This document shows, piece by piece, positions 62,090-64,000 of a stretch of DNA of 64,000 nt (the first letter of the stretch is position 1; each line of letters begins with the position of its first letter). The position numbers and the translations under genes were made by a program. Origin of the DNA: Heteronotia binoei (taxonomy: Eukaryota). The notes beneath the pieces were generated by a model that saw only the letters and a program-made list of their open reading frames with translations, was not told where the DNA came from and did no database searches. The DNA is taken from NCBI RefSeq assembly GCF_032191835.1, contig NC_083237.1, forward strand, positions 29,388,001 through 29,452,000, written 5' to 3'.

Positions 62090-64000
62090 TCTTCTTCGTG
62101 GTCTCTGTGCAGTCCCACACATGGGTTTTCCCGTCAGGACGAACCCTACCTCGGAGATTTTAAAAGCTAGCCTAGGCGTTATTTTTGGCGCGCACTCCCT
62201 TCCGTCCTGGGGAGCAGGCATCCACTGCGCATGCCTGGAACGGGAGGGAGGCGCCCCACCCAGCCAGTTTCTTTCCAACCGTCGCCCGGGATAGTCTTAC
62301 CTCGTTGCGCTCCTCTTTTACCTCAGATCCTAGCCTTCGCTTCTTCGTCGTTTCCTCTCTTTTATTCCATTTTCCTCTTTATATTCTTATACTCTTCATT
62401 ACTCTTCAAAAAAAAAAAAAAAAAAAAAAAAAAAAGAAAAAAATATCTTTCCTGCTTTTACCTCAGACCTCCCTTCCCCTACCCCCCCCCCCCCCCCGGG
62501 CGTATGGAAGGAAGGGATAGTAGAATAACCTTCAAAAGGTGTTCGCGTTGTAGGGCAAAAATCCCTACATCGGACGGACATTCACTTTGTTTATTTTGCC
62601 TGGGAGAAGCCCATAAAGTAGACGCCTGTGCGCATTGCCGTCAATTCGGCAAACAGGCGCGGAAAAACAGGGCCGCTAGACTGAGAAGTCATCTTATGGA
62701 GTCTGTGCTTCACCCTGAAATGTCGCAATCCTCTACTACAAGTAAGTCGCCTCCCCTTCTGTCTCCCCAAGGGGACGGCGCAAGGCCGGCAGCTTCAGTG
62801 GCCACTGTTCCCAGCAAGCATAAGCCCGGCGATGCCGCGAAAACCGGCGACGGCGCGAAGACGTCACAACAAACGGTCGCGCCTATTAAATTGAAAACTG
62901 GGAAGCACACCAAGAAACACAAGCACTCCGAGCCGAAGGGCCCGAAGGATTCGAGAAAACCTACCGACCCGAAAGAATCGAAAAAATCTACCGACCCGAA
63001 GGACTCGAAAAAACCTACCGCTCCGAACAAACCTTCGGAACAACACGAGTCTGACATACGTTGTGACCCGTCCACACCCGGATCCGATACCCAGGAAGCG
63101 GCCACTCCGCTTACGGACTCACCGCATCAGCAGACGGAGGAAGTTATCCCGGTTCCGTCCCGATCCCCTTCTTTGCAAGGATCCATACCAGACCCTTCGC
63201 TGGAGAAGATCCGAGACCCGCTGCAGTGGACTCAACAACACATCAACCCCAGATCGTTCCGCGATATGTCGAACCCCATCCAATATAGACACGATGCTCA
63301 TCGCTACTTTGATACTCACCGATTCCCAGCCAGATCTCCGAGCATCGAGAGACATCGGTACCATCATACACGTTTCCCGGAGAGATCCCCTAGCAGGGGG
63401 AGGGACCGCTATCGCTACAACCCGAGATCTCGGTCTCCATCCATGTCCCCGAGAAGACGCTACTACACCTCGAGGTCTCCATCAATGGATTCCCATCAAT
63501 GCTGCGGTTACCACTACGCTCGGTACCGTGCAGATCACCACAGGAACCAATCCAAGGAAGCAACTCCCGTCCAACGGAGTAAGCAGCCAACGAAACAGCC
63601 ATCTCCGACTCCTTCCACTTCGACCTCTAAACCTAAGAACGCGAGTCCAACCAGACCGGACCCGCAAGCACCCGAACCTGACAACTCCGATGTCGAATCC
63701 GACGCGTCATCGGACTCGATGCAATCAATGTCCTCTCCTGGATCCCCAGCTTCAGATATTGCAAAGCCTGCAGATTTGTCACCATCCGACGGAGCCAAAA
63801 CATATCTGGACTTGGTTGCAAACATGGCTTCTGCTCTTAATGTAAAGCTGACATCGGACGCGCCCAAGGTCACGGATGTAGTTCACGATTTAGTCCATTC
63901 GGACCTACCTGCCGGTTCCTTTCTGCCAATGCTTCCGGTGCATCTAGATGCCATTAAAGAAGCCTGGGACAAGCCGGCATCTATTCCTCCCACGTCAAAG
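62090..64000 (+). mobile_element. DIRS-like (tyrosine-recombinase) retrotransposon, 5' part, in a TBC1D17 intron
   Basis: Left end TTCTTCGTGGTCTCTGTGCAGTCCCACACATGGG...CTGCGCATGC resembles reptile DIRS termini as recalled. CpG-rich long ORF1. The left boundary is approximate. Confidence 0.65.
62696..64000 (+). CDS. DIRS-like ORF1 (Gag / LAP2alpha-related), open to the window end (>=435 aa)
   Basis: ATG at 62696 with no stop to 64000; absent from the ORF track, presumably because it has no stop in the window. Low-complexity N-terminus, then YLDLVANMASALNV...LPMLPVHLDAIKEAWDKPASIPPTSK, resembling the start of the LAP2alpha-type domain. Confidence 0.75.
   Translation, partial: MESVLHPEMSQSSTTSKSPPLLSPQGDGARPAASVATVPSKHKPGDAAKTGDGAKTSQQTVAPIKLKTGKHTKKHKHSEPKGPKDSRKPTDPKESKKSTDPKDSKKPTAPNKPSEQHESDIRCDPSTPGSDTQEAATPLTDSPHQQTEEVIPVPSRSPSLQGSIPDPSLEKIRDPLQWTQQHINPRSFRDMSNPIQYRHDAHRYFDTHRFPARSPSIERHRYHHTRFPERSPSRGRDRYRYNPRSRSPSMSPRRRYYTSRSPSMDSHQCCGYHYARYRADHHRNQSKEATPVQRSKQPTKQPSPTPSTSTSKPKNASPTRPDPQAPEPDNSDVESDASSDSMQSMSSPGSPASDIAKPADLSPSDGAKTYLDLVANMASALNVKLTSDAPKVTDVVHDLVHSDLPAGSFLPMLPVHLDAIKEAWDKPASIPPTSK

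Noticed and set aside
62408-62443. Long poly(A) run as a retro-insertion tail
   Set aside because: No TSD or upstream polyA-type element seen; it sits within the DIRS-like leader beside poly(C) runs and may be a homopolymer expansion.
63063-63845. 260-aa overlapping ORF in another frame of DIRS ORF1
   Set aside because: GTG start, low complexity, no RT motifs; likely a shadow of ORF1 codon usage.

Overview
Vertebrate genomic DNA. The repeat content (Squam/Sauria-type SINEs, CR1, L2, L1, Penelope, hAT MITEs) points to a squamate reptile, probably a gecko (inference). Four spliced host genes could be rebuilt exon by exon with canonical GT-AG sites and consistent phases: POLR2L/RPB10 (-, 67 aa), a TSPAN4-like tetraspanin (+, 240 aa), AKT1S1/PRAS40 (-, 278 aa) and the first 11 coding exons of TBC1D17 (+, runs off the window). 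They form two head-to-head pairs on CpG islands. The POLR2L-TSPAN4-like pair beside AKT1S1-TBC1D17 looks like a retained paralogous block that human lacks at this position. The most interesting structure is in the mobile DNA. (1) A 5'-truncated L1 with a 20-bp TSD carries three nested insertions. One is a young 5.8-kb Tf1/sushi-type Gypsy element with no tRNA PBS but a 10-nt self-priming complement in its own LTR, plus a PEG10-type G-GGA-AAC slippery site and H-type pseudoknot followed by a stop in the pol frame. (2) A 2.6-kb fold-back Penelope-like element has ~1-kb inverted arms, each with a minimal hammerhead motif. (3) A DIRS-like ORF1 with an RS/SPRRR-rich region is open to the window end. 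All homology calls come from recalled family motifs; no database searches were run.
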